From: Eledone cirrhosa
Lineage: Eukaryota
NCBI GenBank assembly: GCA_964016885.1
Contig: OZ024741.1
Coordinates: forward strand, 211,916,001-211,980,000
DNA: 64,000 nucleotides
Reading direction: 5' to 3'
In this document: positions 1 to 14,600 of the stretch, in pieces
Position numbering within the stretch: position 1 is the stretch's first letter
Layout of the letters: every line of letters starts with the position of its first letter
Notes under the pieces: model-generated
Database searches by the model: none
What the model was told of the DNA's origin: nothing
The model's input: only the letters and a program-made list of their open reading frames with translations
Position numbers and translations under genes: made by a program

Positions 1-43
1 GTTGTTATTGTTGTTGATGTTGTCATTGTTGTTGATGTTGTCA

Positions 44-77
<34 letters not shown>

Positions 78-772
78 CATTGTTGCTGATGTTGTTATTG
101 TTGTTGGTGTTGTCATTGTTGTTGATGATGTTATTGTTGTTGATGTTGTTATTGTTGTTGATGTTGTCATTGTTGTTGATGTTGTCATTGTTGTTGATGT
201 TGTTATTGTTGTTGATGTTGTTATTGTTGTTGATGTTGTTATTGTTGTTGATGTTGTCACTGTTGTTGATGTTGTTATTGTTGTTGATGATGTTATTGTT
301 GTTGATGTTGTCATTGTTGTTGATGTTGTTATTATTGTTGATGTTGTTATTGTTGTTGATGTTGTTATTGTTGTTGATGTTGTTATTGTTATTCATGTTG
401 TTATTGTGGTTGATGTTGTTATTGTTGATGATGTTGTTATTGTTGTTGATGTTATTATTGTTGTTGATGTTGTCATTGTTGTTGATGTCATTGTTGTTGA
501 TGTTTTCATTGTTGTTGATGTTGTTATTGTTGTTGATGTTGTTATTGTTGTTGATGTTGTCATTGTTGTTGATGTTGTTATTGTTGTTGATGTTGTTATT
601 GTTGTTGATGTTGTTATTGTTATTGATGTTGTTATTGTTGTTGAGGTTGTCATTGTTGTTGATGTTGTTATTGTTGTTGATGTTGTTATTGTTGTTGATG
701 TTGTTATTGTTGTTGTCATTGTTGTTGATGTTGTCATTGTTGTTGGTGTTGTCATTGTTGTTGGTGTTGTCA

Positions 773-806
<34 letters not shown>

Positions 807-3800
807 CATTGTTGTTGATGTTGTTATTGTTGTTGATGTTGTTATTGTTGTTGATGTTGTTATTGTTGTTGATGTTGTTATTGTTGTTGATGTTGTTATT
901 GTTGATGTTGTTATTGCTGTTGATGTTGTCATTGTTGTTGATGTTGTTATTGTCGTTGATGTTGTCATTGTTGTTGATGTTGTCATTGTTGTTGATGTTG
1001 TTATTGTTGTTGATGTTCTTATTGTTGTTGATGTTGTTATTGTTGTTGATGTTGTTATTGTTGTTGATGTTGTCATTGTTGTTGATGTTGTTATTGGTGT
1101 TGATGTTGTTATTGTTGTTGATGTTGTCATTGTTGTTGATGTTGTTATTGTTGTTGATGTTGTTATTGTTGTTGATTTTGTTATCGTAGTTGATGTTGTT
1201 ATAGTTGTTGATGTTGTCATTGTTGTTGATGTTGTTATCGTTGTTGATGTTGTTATTGTTGTTGATGTTGTTATTGTTGTTGATGTTGTTATTGTTGTTG
1301 ATGTTGTTATTGTTGTTGATGTTGTCATTGTTGTTGATGTTGTTATTGTTGTTGATGTTGTCATTCTTGTTGATGTTGTCATTGTTGTTGGTGTTGTCAT
1401 TGTTGTTGATGTTGTTATTGTTTATGATATTGTAATTGTTGTTGATGTTGTCATTGTTGTTGATGTTGTTATTGTTGTTGATGTTGTTATTGTTGTTGAT
1501 GTTGTCATTGTTGTTGATGTTGTCATTGTTGTTGATGTTGTTATTGTTGTTGATGTTGTCATTGTTGTTGATGTTGTTATTGTTGTTGATGTTGTTATTG
1601 TTGTTGATGTTGTCATTGTTGTTGATGTTGTTATTATTGTTGATGTTGTTATTGTTGTTGATGTTGTTATTGTTGTTGATGTTGTTATTGTTGTTGATGT
1701 TGTTATTGTGGTTGATGGTGTTATTGTTGATGTTGTTATTGTTGTTGATGTTGTCATTGTTGTTGATGTTGTTATCGTTGTTGATGTTGTTATTGTTGAT
1801 GTTGTTATTGTTGTTGATGTTGTTATTGTTGTTGATGTTGTCATTGTTGTTGATGTTGTCATTGTTGTTGATGTTTTCATTGTTGTTGATGTTGTTATTG
1901 TTGTTGATGTTGTTATTGTTGTTGATGTTGTCATTGTTGTTGGTGTTTTCATTGTTGTCGATGTTGTTATTGTTGTTGATGTTGTTATTGTTGTTGGTTT
2001 TGTCATTGTTTTTGATGTTGTTATTGTTGTTGATGTTGTTATTGTTGTTGATGTTGTCATTGTTGTTGATGTTGTTATTTTTGTTGGTGTTCTCATTGTT
2101 GTTGATGTTGTTATTGTTGTTGATGTTGTCATTGTTGTTGATGTTGTTATTGTTGTTGATGTTGTTATTGTTGGTGATGTTGTTATTGTTGATGTTGTTA
2201 TTGTTGTTGATGTTGTCATTGTTGTTGATGTTGTTATTTTTGTTGGTGTTGTCATTGTTGTTGATGTTGTTATTGTTGTTGATGTTGTCATTGTTGTTGA
2301 TGTTGATATCGTTGTTGATGTTGTTATTGTTGATGTTGTTATTGTTGTTGATGTTGTTATTGTTGTTGATGTTGTTATTGTTGTTGATGTTGTCATTGTT
2401 GTTGATGTTGTCATTGTTGTTGATGTTGTCATTGTTGTTGATGTTGTTATTGTTGTTGATGTTGTCATTGTTGTTGATGTTGTCATTGTTGTTGATGTTT
2501 TCATTGTTGTTGATGTTGTTATTGTTGTTGATGTTGTTATTGTTGTTGATGTTGTTATTGTTGTTGATGTTGTCATTGTTGTTGATGTTGTTATTGTTGT
2601 TGATGTTGATATTGTTGTTGATGTTGTTATTGTTGTTGTCATTGTTGTTGATGTTGTCATTGTTGTTGGTGTTGTCATTGTTGTTGGTGTTGTCATTGTT
2701 GTTGATGTTGTTATTGTTGTTGATGTTGTTATTGTTGTTGATGTTGTTATTGTTGTTGGTGTTGTCATTGTTGTTGATGTTGTTATTGTTGTTGATGTTG
2801 TTATTGTTGTTGATGTTGTTATTGTTGTTGATGTTGTTATTGTTGTTGATGTTGTCATTGTTGTTGATGTTGTTATTGTTGTTGATGTTGTTATTGTTGT
2901 TGATGTTGTTATTGTTGATGTTGTTATTGCTGTTGATGTTGTCATTGTTGTTGATGTTGTTATTGTCGTTGATGTTGTCATTGTTGTTGATGTTGTCATT
3001 GTTGTTGATGATGTTATTGTTGTTGATGTTGTTATTGTTGTTGATGTTGTCATTGTTGTTGATGTTGTCATTGTTGTTGATGTTGTCATTATTGTTGATG
3101 TTGTTATTGTTGTTGATGTTGTTATTGATGTTGATGTTGTCATTGTTGTTGATGTTTTCATTCTTGTTGATGTTGTTTTTGTTGTTGATGTTGTTATTGT
3201 TGTTGGTGTTGTCATTGTTGTTGATGTTGTTATTGTTGTTGATGTTGTTATTGTTGTTGATGTTGTTATTGTTGTTGATGTTGTCATTGTTGTTGATGTT
3301 GTTATTGTTGTTGATGTTGTTATTGTTGTTGATGTTGTTATTGCTGTTGATGTTGTCATTGTTGTTGATGTTGTTATTGTTGTTGATGTTGTCATTGTTG
3401 TTGATGTTGTTATTGTTGTTGGTGTTGTCATTGTTGTTGATGTTGTTATTGTTGTTGATGTTGTTATTGTTGTTGATGTTGTCATTGTTGTTGATGTTGT
3501 CATTGTTGTTGATGTTGTTATTGTTGTCATTGTTGCTGGTGTTGTCATTGTTGTTGATGTTGTTATTGTTGTTGATGTTGATATCGTTGTTGATGTTGTT
3601 ATTGTTGATGTTGTTATTGTTGTTGATGTTGTTATTGTTGATGTTGTTATTGTTGTTGATGTTGTTATATGTTGATGTTGATATCGTTGTTATCATTGTT
3701 GTTGATGTTATCATTGTTGTTGATGTTGATATCGTTGTTGATGTTGTTATTGTTGATGTTGTTATGGTTGTTGATGTTGTTATAGTTGTTGATGTTGTCA

Positions 3801-6800
3801 TTGTTGTTGATGTTGTTATTGTTGTTGATGTTGTTATTGTTGTTGATGCTGTATTTGTTGTTGATGTTGTTATTGTTGTTGATGTTGTTATTGTTGTTGA
3901 TGTTGTTATCGTTGTTGATGTTGTTATTGTTGTTGATGTTGTTATTGTTGTTGTCATTGTTGTTGATGTTGTCATTGTTGTTGGTGTTGTCATCGTTGTT
4001 GGTGTTGTCATTGTTGTTGATGTTGTTATTGTTGTTGATGTTGTCATTGTTGTTGATGTTGTCATTGTTGTTGATGTTGTCATTGTTGTTCATGTTGTCA
4101 TTATTGTTGATGTTGTTATTGTTGTTGATGTTGTTATTGTTGTTGATGTTGTCATTGTTGTTAATGTTGTTATTGTTGTTGATGTTGTTATTGTTGTTGG
4201 TGTTGTCATTGTTGTTGATGTTGTTATTGTTGTTGATGTTGTTATTGTTGTTGATGTTGTTATTGTTGTTGATGTCATTGTTGTTGATGTTGTTATTGTT
4301 GTTGATGTTGTCATTGTTGTTGATGTTGTTATTGTTGTTGGTGTTGTCATTGTTGTTGATGTTGTTATTGTTGTTGATGTTGTTATTGTTGTTGATGTTG
4401 TCATCGTTGTTGATGTTGTCATTGTTGTTGATGTTGTTATTGTTGTTGATGTTTTCATTGTTGTTGATGTTGTTATTGTTGTTGATGTTGTCATTGTTGT
4501 TGATGTTATTGTTGTTGATGTTGCTATTGTTGTTGATTTTTTTATCGTCGTTGATGTTGTTATAGTTGTTGATGTTGTCATTGTTGTTGATGTTGTTATT
4601 GTCGTTGATGTTGTCATTGTTGTTGATGTTGTCATTGTTGTTGATGTTGTTATTGTTGTTGATGTTGTTATTGTTGTTGATGTTGTCATTGTTGTTGATG
4701 TTGTCATTGTTGTTCATGTCATTATTGTTGATGTTGTTATTGTTGTTGATGTTGTTATTGTTGTTGATGTTGTCATTGTTGTTGATGTTTTCATTGTTGT
4801 TGATGTTGTTATTGTTGTTGATGTTGTTATTGTTGTTGGTGTTGTCATTGTTGTTGATGTTGTTATTGTTGTTGATGTTGTTATTGTTGTTGATGTTGTT
4901 ATTGTTGTTGATGTTGTTATTGTTGTTGATGTTGTCATTGTTGTTGATGTTGTTATTGTTGTTGATGTTGTCATTCTTGTTGATGTTGTCATTGTTGTTG
5001 GTGTTGTCATTGTTGTTGATGTTGTTATTGTTTATGATATTGTTATTGTTGTTGATGTTGTCATTGTTGTTGATGTTGTTATTGTTGTTGATGTTGTTAT
5101 TGTTGTTGATGTTGTCATTGTTGTTGATGTTGTTATTGTTGTTGATGTTGTCATTGTTGTTGATGTTGTTATTGTTGTTGATGTTGTCATTGTTGTTGAT
5201 GTTGTTATTGTTGTTGATGTTGTCATTGTTGTTGATGTTGTTATTGTTGTTGATGTTGTTATTGTTGTTAATGTTGTCATTGTTGTTGATGTTGTTATTA
5301 TTGTTGATGTTGTTATTGTTGTTGATGTTGTTATTGTTGTTGATGTTGTTATTGTTGTTGATGTTGTTATTGTGGTTGATGTTGTTATTGTTGATGTTGT
5401 TATTGTTGTTGATGTTGTTATTGTTGATGTTGTTATTGTTGTTGATGTTGTTATTGTTGTTGATGTTGTCATTGTTGTTGATGTTGTCATTGTTGTTGAT
5501 GTTTTCATTGTTGTTGATGTTGTTATTGTTGTTGATGTTGTTATTGTTGTTGATGTGGTCATTGTTGTTGGTGTTTTCATTGTTGTCGATGTTGTTATTG
5601 TTGTTGATGTTGTTATTGTTGTTGGTGTTGTCATTGTTGTTGATGTTGTTATTGTTGTTGATGTTGTTATCGTTGTTGATGTTGTTATTGTTGATGTTGT
5701 TATTGTTGTTGATGTTGTTATTGTTGTTGATGTTGTCATTGTTGTTGATGTTGTCATTGTTGTTGATGTTTTCATTGTTGTTGATGTTGTTATTGTTGTT
5801 GATGTTGTTATTGTTGTTGATGTTGTCATTGTTGTTGGTGTTTTCATTGTTGTCGATGTTGTTATTGTTGTTGATGTTGTTATTGTTGTTGGTGTTGTCA
5901 TTGTTGTTGATGTTGTTATTGTTGTTGATGTTGTTATTGTTGTTGATGTTGTCATTGTTGTTGATGTTGTTATTTTTGTTGGTGTTCTCATTGTTGTTGA
6001 TGTTGTTATTGTTGTTGATGTTGTCATTGTTGTTGATGTTGTTATTGTTGTTGATGTTGTTATTGTTGGTGATGTTGTTATTGTTGATGATGTTATTGTT
6101 GTTGATGTTGTCATTGTTGTTGATGTTGTTCTTGTTGTTGATGTTGTCATTGTTGTTGATGTTGTCATTGTTGTTGATGTTGTTATTGTTGTTGATGTTG
6201 TCATTGTTATTGATGTTGTTATTGTTGTTGATGTTGTTATTGTTGATGTTGTTATTGTTGTTGATGTTATCATTGTTGTTGATGTTGATATCGTTGTTGA
6301 TGTTGTTATTGTTGATGTTGTTATTGTTGTTGATGTTGTTATTGTTGTTGATGTTGTTATTGTTGTTGATGTTGTCATTGTTGTTGATGTTGTCATTGTT
6401 GTTGATGTTGTCATTGTTGTTGATGTTGTTATTGTTGTTGATGTTGTCATTGTTGTTGATGTTGTCATTGTTGTTGATGTTTTCATTGTTGTTGATGTTG
6501 TTATTGTTGTTGATGTTGTTATTGTTGTTGATGTTGTCATTGTTGTTGATGTTGTTATTGTTGTTGATGTTGATATTGTTGTTGATGTTGTTGTTGTTGT
6601 TGTCATTGTTGTTGATGTTGTCATTGTTGTTGGTGTTGTCATTGTTGTTGGTGTTGTCATTGTTGTTGATGTTGTTATTGTTGTTGATGTTGTCATTGTT
6701 GTTGATGTTGTTATTGTTGTTGATGTTGATATTGTTGTTGGTGTTGTCATTGTTGTTGATGTTGTTATTGTTGTTGATGTTGTTATTGTTGTTGATGTTG

Positions 6801-9800
6801 TTATTGTTGTTGATGTTGTCATTGTTGTTGATGTTGTTATTGTTGATGATGTTGTTATTGTTGTTGATGTTGTTATTGTTGATGTTGTTATTGCTGTTGA
6901 TGTTGTCATTGTTGTTGATGTTGTTATTGTCGTTGATGTTGTCATTGTTGTTGATGTTGTCATTGTTGTTGATGTTGTTATTGTTGTTGATGTTGTTATT
7001 GTTGTTGATGTTGTCATTGTTGTTGATGTTGTCATTGTTGTTGATGTTGTCATTATTGTTGATGTTGTTATTGTTGTTGATGTTGTTATTGTTGTTGATG
7101 TTGTCATTGTTGTTGATGTTTTCATTCTTGTTGATGTTGTTATTGTTGTTGATGTTGTTATTGTTGTTGGTGTTGTCATTGTTGTTGATGTTGTTATTGT
7201 TGTTGATGTTGTTATTGTTGTTGATGTTGTTATTGTTGTTGATGTTGTCATTGTTGTTGATGTTGTTATTGTTGTTGATGTTGTTATTGTTGTTGATGTT
7301 GTTATTGTTGTTGATGTTGTCATTGTTGTTGATGTTGTTATTGTTGTTGATGTTGTCATTGTTGTTGATGTTGTTGGTGTTGTCATTGTTGTTGATGTTG
7401 TTATTGTTGTTGATGTTGTTATTGTTGTTGATGTTGTCATTGTTGCTGATGTTGTCATTGTTGTTGATGTTGTTATTGTTGTTGATGTTGTCATTGTTGC
7501 TGATGTTGTTATTGTTGTTGGTGTTGTCATTGTTGTTGATGATGTTATTGTTATTGATGTTGTTATTGTTGTTGATGTTGTCATTGTTGTTGATGTTGTC
7601 ATTGTTGTTGATGTTGTTATTGTTGTTGATGTTGTTATTGTTGTTGATGTTGTTATTGTTGTTGATGTTGTCATTGTTGTTGATGTTGTTATTGTTGTTG
7701 ATGTTGTTATTGTTGTTGATGTCATTGTTGTTGATGTTGTTATTATTGTTGATGTTGTTATTGTTGTTGATGTTGTTATTGTTGTTGATGTTGTTATTGT
7801 TATTCATGTTGTTATTGTGGTTGATGTTGTTATTGTTGATGATGTTGTTATTGTTGTTGATGCTATTATTGTTGTTGATGTTGTCATTGTTGTTGATGTT
7901 GTCATTGTTGTTGATGTTTTCATTGTTGTTGATGTTGTTATTGTTGTTGATGTTGTTATTGTTGTTGATGTTGTCATTGTTGTTGATGTTGTTATTTTTG
8001 TTGATGTTGTTATTGTTGTTGATGTTGTTATTGTTGTTGTCATTGTTGTTGATGTTGTCATTGTTGTTGGTGTTGTCATTGTTGTTGGTGTTGTCATTGT
8101 TGTTGATGTTGTTATTGTTGTTGATGTTGTCATTGTTGTTGATGTTGTTATTGTTGTTGATGTTGTTATCGTTGTTGATGTTGTTATTGTTGTTGATGTT
8201 GTTATTGTTGTTGATGTTGTTATTGTTGATGTTGTTATTGCTGTTGATGTTGTCATTGTTGTTGATGTTGTTATTGTTGTTGATGTTGTTATTGTTGTTG
8301 ATGTTGTCATTGTTGTTGATGTTGTTATTGTTGTTGATGTTGTCATTGTTGTTGATGTTGTTGGTGTTGTCATTGTTGTTGATGTTGTTATTGTTGTTGA
8401 TGTTGTTATTGTTGTTGATGTTGTCATTGTTGTTGATGTTGTCATTGTTGTTGATGTTGTTATTGTTGTTGATGTTGTCATTGTTGCTGATGTTGTTATT
8501 GTTGTTGGTGTTGTCATTGTTGTTGATGATGTTATTATTGTTGATGTTGTTATTGTTGTTGATGTTGTCATTGTTGTTGATGTTGTCATTGTTGTTGATG
8601 TTGTTATTGTTGTTGATGTTGTTATTGTTGTTGATGTTGTTATTGTTGTTGATGTTGTCATTGTTGTTGATGTTGTTATTGTTGTTGATGATGTTATTGT
8701 TGTTGATGTTGTCATTGTTGTTGATGTTGTTATTATTGTTGATGTTGTTATTGTTGTTGATGTTGTTATTGTTGTTGATGTTGTTATTGTTATTCATGTT
8801 GTTATTGTGGTTGATGTTGTTATTGTTGATGATGTTGTTATTGTTGTTGATGTTATTATTGTTGTTGATGTTGTCATTGTTGTTGATGTTGTCATTGTTG
8901 TTGATGTTTTCATTGTTGTTGATGTTGTTATTGTTGTTGATGTTGTTATTGTTGTTGATGTTGTCATTGTTGTTGATGTTGTTATTGTTGTTGATGTTGT
9001 TATTGTTGTTGATGTTGTTATTGTTATTGATGTTGTTATTGTTGTTGAGGTTGTCATTGTTGTTGATGTTGTTATTGTTGTTGATGTTGTTATTGTTGTT
9101 GATGTTGTTATTGTTGTTGTTATTGTCGTTGATGTTGTCATTGTTGTTGATGTTGTCATTGTTGTTGATGTTGTTATTGTTGTTGATGTTCTTATTGTTG
9201 TTGATGTTCTTATTGTTGTTGATGTTGTTATTGTTGTTGATGTTGTCATTGTTGTTGATGTTGTTATTGGTGTTGATGTTGTTATTGTTGTTGATGTTGT
9301 CATTGTTGTTGATGTTGTTATTGTTGTTGATGTTGTTATTGTTGTTGATTTTGTTATCGTAGTTGATGTTGTTATAGTTGTTGATGTTGTCATTGTTGTT
9401 GATGTTGTTATCGTTGTTGATGTTGTTATTGTTGTTGATGCTGTTATTGTTGTTGATGTTGTTATTGTTGTTGATGTTGTTATTGTTGATGTTGTTATTG
9501 CTGTTGATGTTGTCATTGTTGTTGATGTTGTTATAGTCGTTGATGTTGTCATTGTTGTTGATGTTGTCATTCTTGTTGATGTTGTTATTGTTGTTATTGT
9601 TGTTGATGTTGTTATTGTTGTTGATGTTGTCATTGTTGTTGATGTTGTCATTGTTGTTCATGTTGTCATTATTGTTGATGTTGTTATTGTTGTTGATGTT
9701 GTTATTGTTGTTGATGTTGTCATTGTTGTTGATGTTTTCATTGTTGTTGATGTTGTTATTGTTGTTGATGTTGTCATTGTCGTTGATGTTGTTATTGTTG

Positions 9801-11621
9801 TTGACGTTGTCATTGTTGTTGATGTTGTTATTGATGTTGGTGTTGTCATTGTTGTTGATGTTGTTATTGTTGTTGATGTTGTTATTGTTGTTGATGTCAT
9901 CGTTGTTGATGTTGTCATTGTTGTTGATGTTGTTATTGTTGTTGATGTTGTCATTGTTGTTGATGTTGTTATTGTTGGTGATGTTGTTATTGTTGTTGAT
10001 GTTGTTATTGTTGATGTTGTTATTGTTGTTGATGTTGTTATTGTTGTTGATGTTTTTATTGTTGTTGATGTTGTCATTGTTGTTGATGTTGTCATTGTTG
10101 TTGATGTTGTCATTGCTGTTGATGTTGTTATTGTTGTTGATGTTGTCATTGTTGTTGATGTTGTTATTGTTGGTGATGTTGTTATTGTTGATGTTGTCAT
10201 TGTTGTTGATGTTGTTATTGTTGTTGATGTTGTCATTGTCGTTGATATTGTTATTGTTGTTGATTTTGTTATTGTTGTTGATGTTGTTATTGTTGTTGAT
10301 GTTGTTATTGTTGTTGATGTTGTCATTGTTGTTGATGTTGTTATTGGTGTTCATGTTGTTATTGTTGTTGATGTTGTCATTGTTGTTGATGTTGTTATTG
10401 TTGTTGATGTTGTTATTGTTGTTGATGTTGTTATCGTCGTTGATGTTGTTATTGTTGTTGATGTTGTCATTGTTGTTGATGTTTTCATTGTTGTTGATGT
10501 TGTTATTGTTGTTGATGTTGTTATTGTTGTTGGTGTTGTCATTGTTGTTGATGTTGTTATTGTTGTTGATGTTGTTATTGTTGTTGATGTTGTTATTGTT
10601 GTTGATGTTGTCATTGTTGTTGATGTTGTTATTGTTGTTGATGTTGTTATTGTTGTTGATGTTGTTATTGTTGTTGATGTTGTCATTGTTGTTGATGTTG
10701 TTATTGTTGTTGATGTTGTTATTGTTGTTGATGTTGTTATTGTTGTTGATGTTGTCATTGTTGTTGATGTTGTTATTGTTGTTGATGTTGTCATTGTTGT
10801 TGATGTTGTTGGTGTTGTCATTGTTGTTGATGTTGTTATTGTTGTTGATGTTGTTATTGTTGTTGATGTTGTCATTGTTGTTGATGTTGTCATTGTTGTT
10901 GATGTTGTTATTGTTGTTGATGTTGTCATTGTTGCTGATGTTGTTATTGTTGTTGGTGTTGTCATTGTTGTTGATGATGTTATTGTTGTTGATGTTGTTA
11001 TTGTTGTTGATGTTGTCATTGTTGTTGATGTTGTCATTGCTGTTGATGTTGTTATTGTTGTTGATGTTGTTATTGTTGTTGATGTTGTTATTGTTGTTGA
11101 TGTTGTCACTGTTGTTGATGTTGTTATTGTTGTTGATGATGTTATTTTTGTTGATGTTGTCATTGTTGTTGATGTTGTTATTATTGTTGATGTTGTTATT
11201 GTTGTTGATGTTGTTATTGTTGTTGATGTTGTTATTGTTATTCATGTTGTTATTGTGGTTGATGTTGTTATTGTTGATGATGTTGTTATTGTTGTTGATG
11301 TTATTATTGTTGTTGATGTTGTCATTGTTGTTGATGTCATTGTTGTTGATGTTTTCATTGTTGTTGATGTTGTTATTGTTGTTGATGTTGTTATTGTTGT
11401 TGATGTTGTCATTGTTGTTGATGTTGTTATTGTTGTTGATGTTGTTATTGTTGTTGATGTTGTTATTGTTATTGATGTTGTTATTGTTGTTGAGGTTGTC
11501 ATTGTTGTTGATGTTGTTATTGTTGTTGATGTTGTTATTGTTGTTGATGTTGTTATTGTTGTTGTCATTGTTGTTGATGTTGTCATTGTTGTTGGTGTTG
11601 TCATTGTTGTTGGTGTTGTCA

Positions 11622-11655
<34 letters not shown>

Positions 11656-14600
11656 CATTGTTGTTGATGTTGTTATTGTTGTTGATGTTGTTATTGTTGT
11701 TGATGTTGTTATTGTTGTTGATGTTGTTATTGTTGTTGATGTTGTTATTGTTGATGTTGTTATTGCTGTTGATGTTGTCATTGTTGTTGATGTTGTTATT
11801 GTCGTTGATGTTGTCATTGTTGTTGATGTTGTCATTGTTGTTGATGTTGTTATTGTTGTTGATGTTCTTATTGTTGTTGATGTTGTTATTGTTGTTGATG
11901 TTGTTATTGTTGTTGATGTTGTCATTGTTGTTGATGTTGTTATTGGTGTTGATGTTGTTATTTCTTGTTGATGTTGTCATTGTTGTTGATGTTGTTATTG
12001 TTGTTGATGTTGTTATTGTTGTTGATTTTGTTATCGTAGTTGATGTTGTTATAGTTGTTGATGTTGTCATTGTTGTTGATGTTGTTATCGTTGTTGATGT
12101 TGTTATTGTTGTTGATGTTGTTATTGTTGTTGATGTTGTTATTGTTGTTGATGTTGTTATTGTTGTTGATGTTGTCATTGTTGTTGATGTTGTTATTGTT
12201 GTTGATGTTGTCATTCTTGTTGATGTTGTCATTGTTGTTGGTGTTGTCATTGTTGTTGATGTTGTTATTGTTTATGATATTGTAATTGTTGTTGATGTTG
12301 TCATTGTTGTTGATGTTGTTATTGTTGTTGATGTTGTTATTGTTGTTGATGTTGTCATTGTTGTTGATGTTGTCATTGTTGTTGATGTTGTTATTGTTGT
12401 TGATGTTGTCATTGTTGTTGATGTTGTTATTGTTGTTGATGTTGTTATTGTTGTTGATGTTGTCATTGTTGTTGATGTTGTTATTATTGTTGATGTTGTT
12501 ATTGTTGTTGATGTTGTTATTGTTGTTGATGTTGTTATTGTTGTTGATGTTGTTATTGTGGTTGATGGTGTTATTGTTGATGTTGTTATTGATGTTGATG
12601 TTGTCATTGTTGTTGATGTTGTTATCGTTGTTGATGTTGTTATTGTTGATGTTGTTATTGTTGTTGATGTTGTTATTGTTGTTGATGTTGTCATTGTTGT
12701 TGATGTTGTCATTGTTGTTGATGTTTTCATTGTTGTTGATGTTGTTATTGTTGTTGATGTTGTTATTGTTGTTGATGTTGTCATTGTTGTTGGTGTTTTC
12801 ATTGTTGTCGATGTTGTTATTGTTGTTGATGTTGTTATTGTTGTTGGTTTTGTCATTGTTGTTGATGTTGTTATTGTTGTTGATGTTGTTATTGTTGTTG
12901 ATGTTGTCATTGTTGTTGATGTTGTTATTTTTGTTGGTGTTGTCATTGTTGTTGATGTTGTTATTGTTGTTGATGTTGTCATTGTTGTTGATGTTGTTAT
13001 TGTTGTTGATGTTGTTATTGTTGGTGATGTTGTTATTGTTGATGTTGTTATTGTTGTTGATGTTGTCATTGTTGTTGATGTTGTTATTTTTGTTGGTGTT
13101 GTCATTGTTGTTGATGTTGTTATTGTTGTTGATGTTGTCATTGTTGTTGATGTTGATATCGTTGTTGATGTTGTTATTGTTGATGTTGTTATTGTTGTTG
13201 ATGTTGTTATTGTTGTTGATGTTGTTATTGTTGTTGATGTTGTCATTGTTGTTGATGTTGTCATTGTTGTTGATGTTGTCATTGTTGTTGATGTTGTTAT
13301 TGTTGTTGATGTTGTCATTGTTGTTGATGTTGTCATTGTTGTTGATGTTTTCATTGTTGTTGATGTTGTTATTGTTGTTGATGTTGTTATTGTTGTTGAT
13401 GTTGTTATTGTTGTTGATGTTGTCATTGTTGTTGATGTTGTTATTGTTGTTGATGTTGATATTGTTGTTGATGTTGTTATTGTTGTTGTAATTGTTGTTG
13501 ATGTTGTCATTGTTGTTGGTGTTGTCATTGTTGTTGGTGTTGTCATTGTTGTTGATGTTGTTATTGTTGTTGATGTTGTTATTGTTGTTGATGTTGTTAT
13601 TGTTGTTGGTGTTGTCATTGTTGTTGATGTTGTTATTGTTGTTGATGTTGTTATTGTTGTTGATGTTGTTATTGTTGTTGATGTTGTTATTGTTGTTGAT
13701 GTTGTCATTGTTGTTGATGTTGTTATTGTTGTTGATGTTGTTATTGTTGTTGATGTTGTTATTGTTGATGTTGTTATTGCTGTTGATGTTGTCATTGTTG
13801 TTGATGTTGTTATTGTCGTTGATGTTGTCATTGTTGTTGATGTTGTCATTGTTGTTGATGATGTTATTGTTGTTGATGTTGTTATTGTTGTTGATGTTGT
13901 CATTGTTGTTGATGTTGTCATTGTTGTTGATGTTGTCATTATTGTTGATGTTGTTATTGTTGTTGATGTTGTTATTGATGTTGATGTTGTCATTGTTGTT
14001 GATGTTTTCATTCTTGTTGATGTTGTTATTGTTGTTGATGTTGTTATTGTTGTTGGTGTTGTCATTGTTGTTGATGTTGTTATTGTTGTTGATGTTGTTA
14101 TTGTTGTTGATGTTGTTATTGTTGTTGATGTTGTCATTGTTGTTGATGTTGTTATTGTTGTTGATGTTGTTATTGTTGTTGATGTTGTTATTGCTGTTGA
14201 TGTTGTCATTGTTGTTGATGTTGTTATTGTTGTTGATGTTGTCATTGTTGTTGATGTTGTTATTGTTGTTGGTGTTGTCATTGTTGTTGATGTTGTTATT
14301 GTTGTTGATGTTGTTATTGTTGTTGATGTTGTCATTGTTGTTGATGTTGTCATTGTTGTTGATGTTGTTATTGTTGTCATTGTTGCTGGTGTTGTCATTG
14401 TTGTTGATGTTGTTATTGTTGTTGATGTTGATATCGTTGTTATCATTGTTGTTGATGTTATCATTGTTGTTGATGTTGATATCGTTGTTGATGTTGTTAT
14501 TGTTGATGTTGTTATTGTTGTTGATGTTGTTATTGTTGATGTTGTTATTGTTGTTGATGTTGGTATATGTTGATGTTGATATCGTTGTTATCATTGTTGT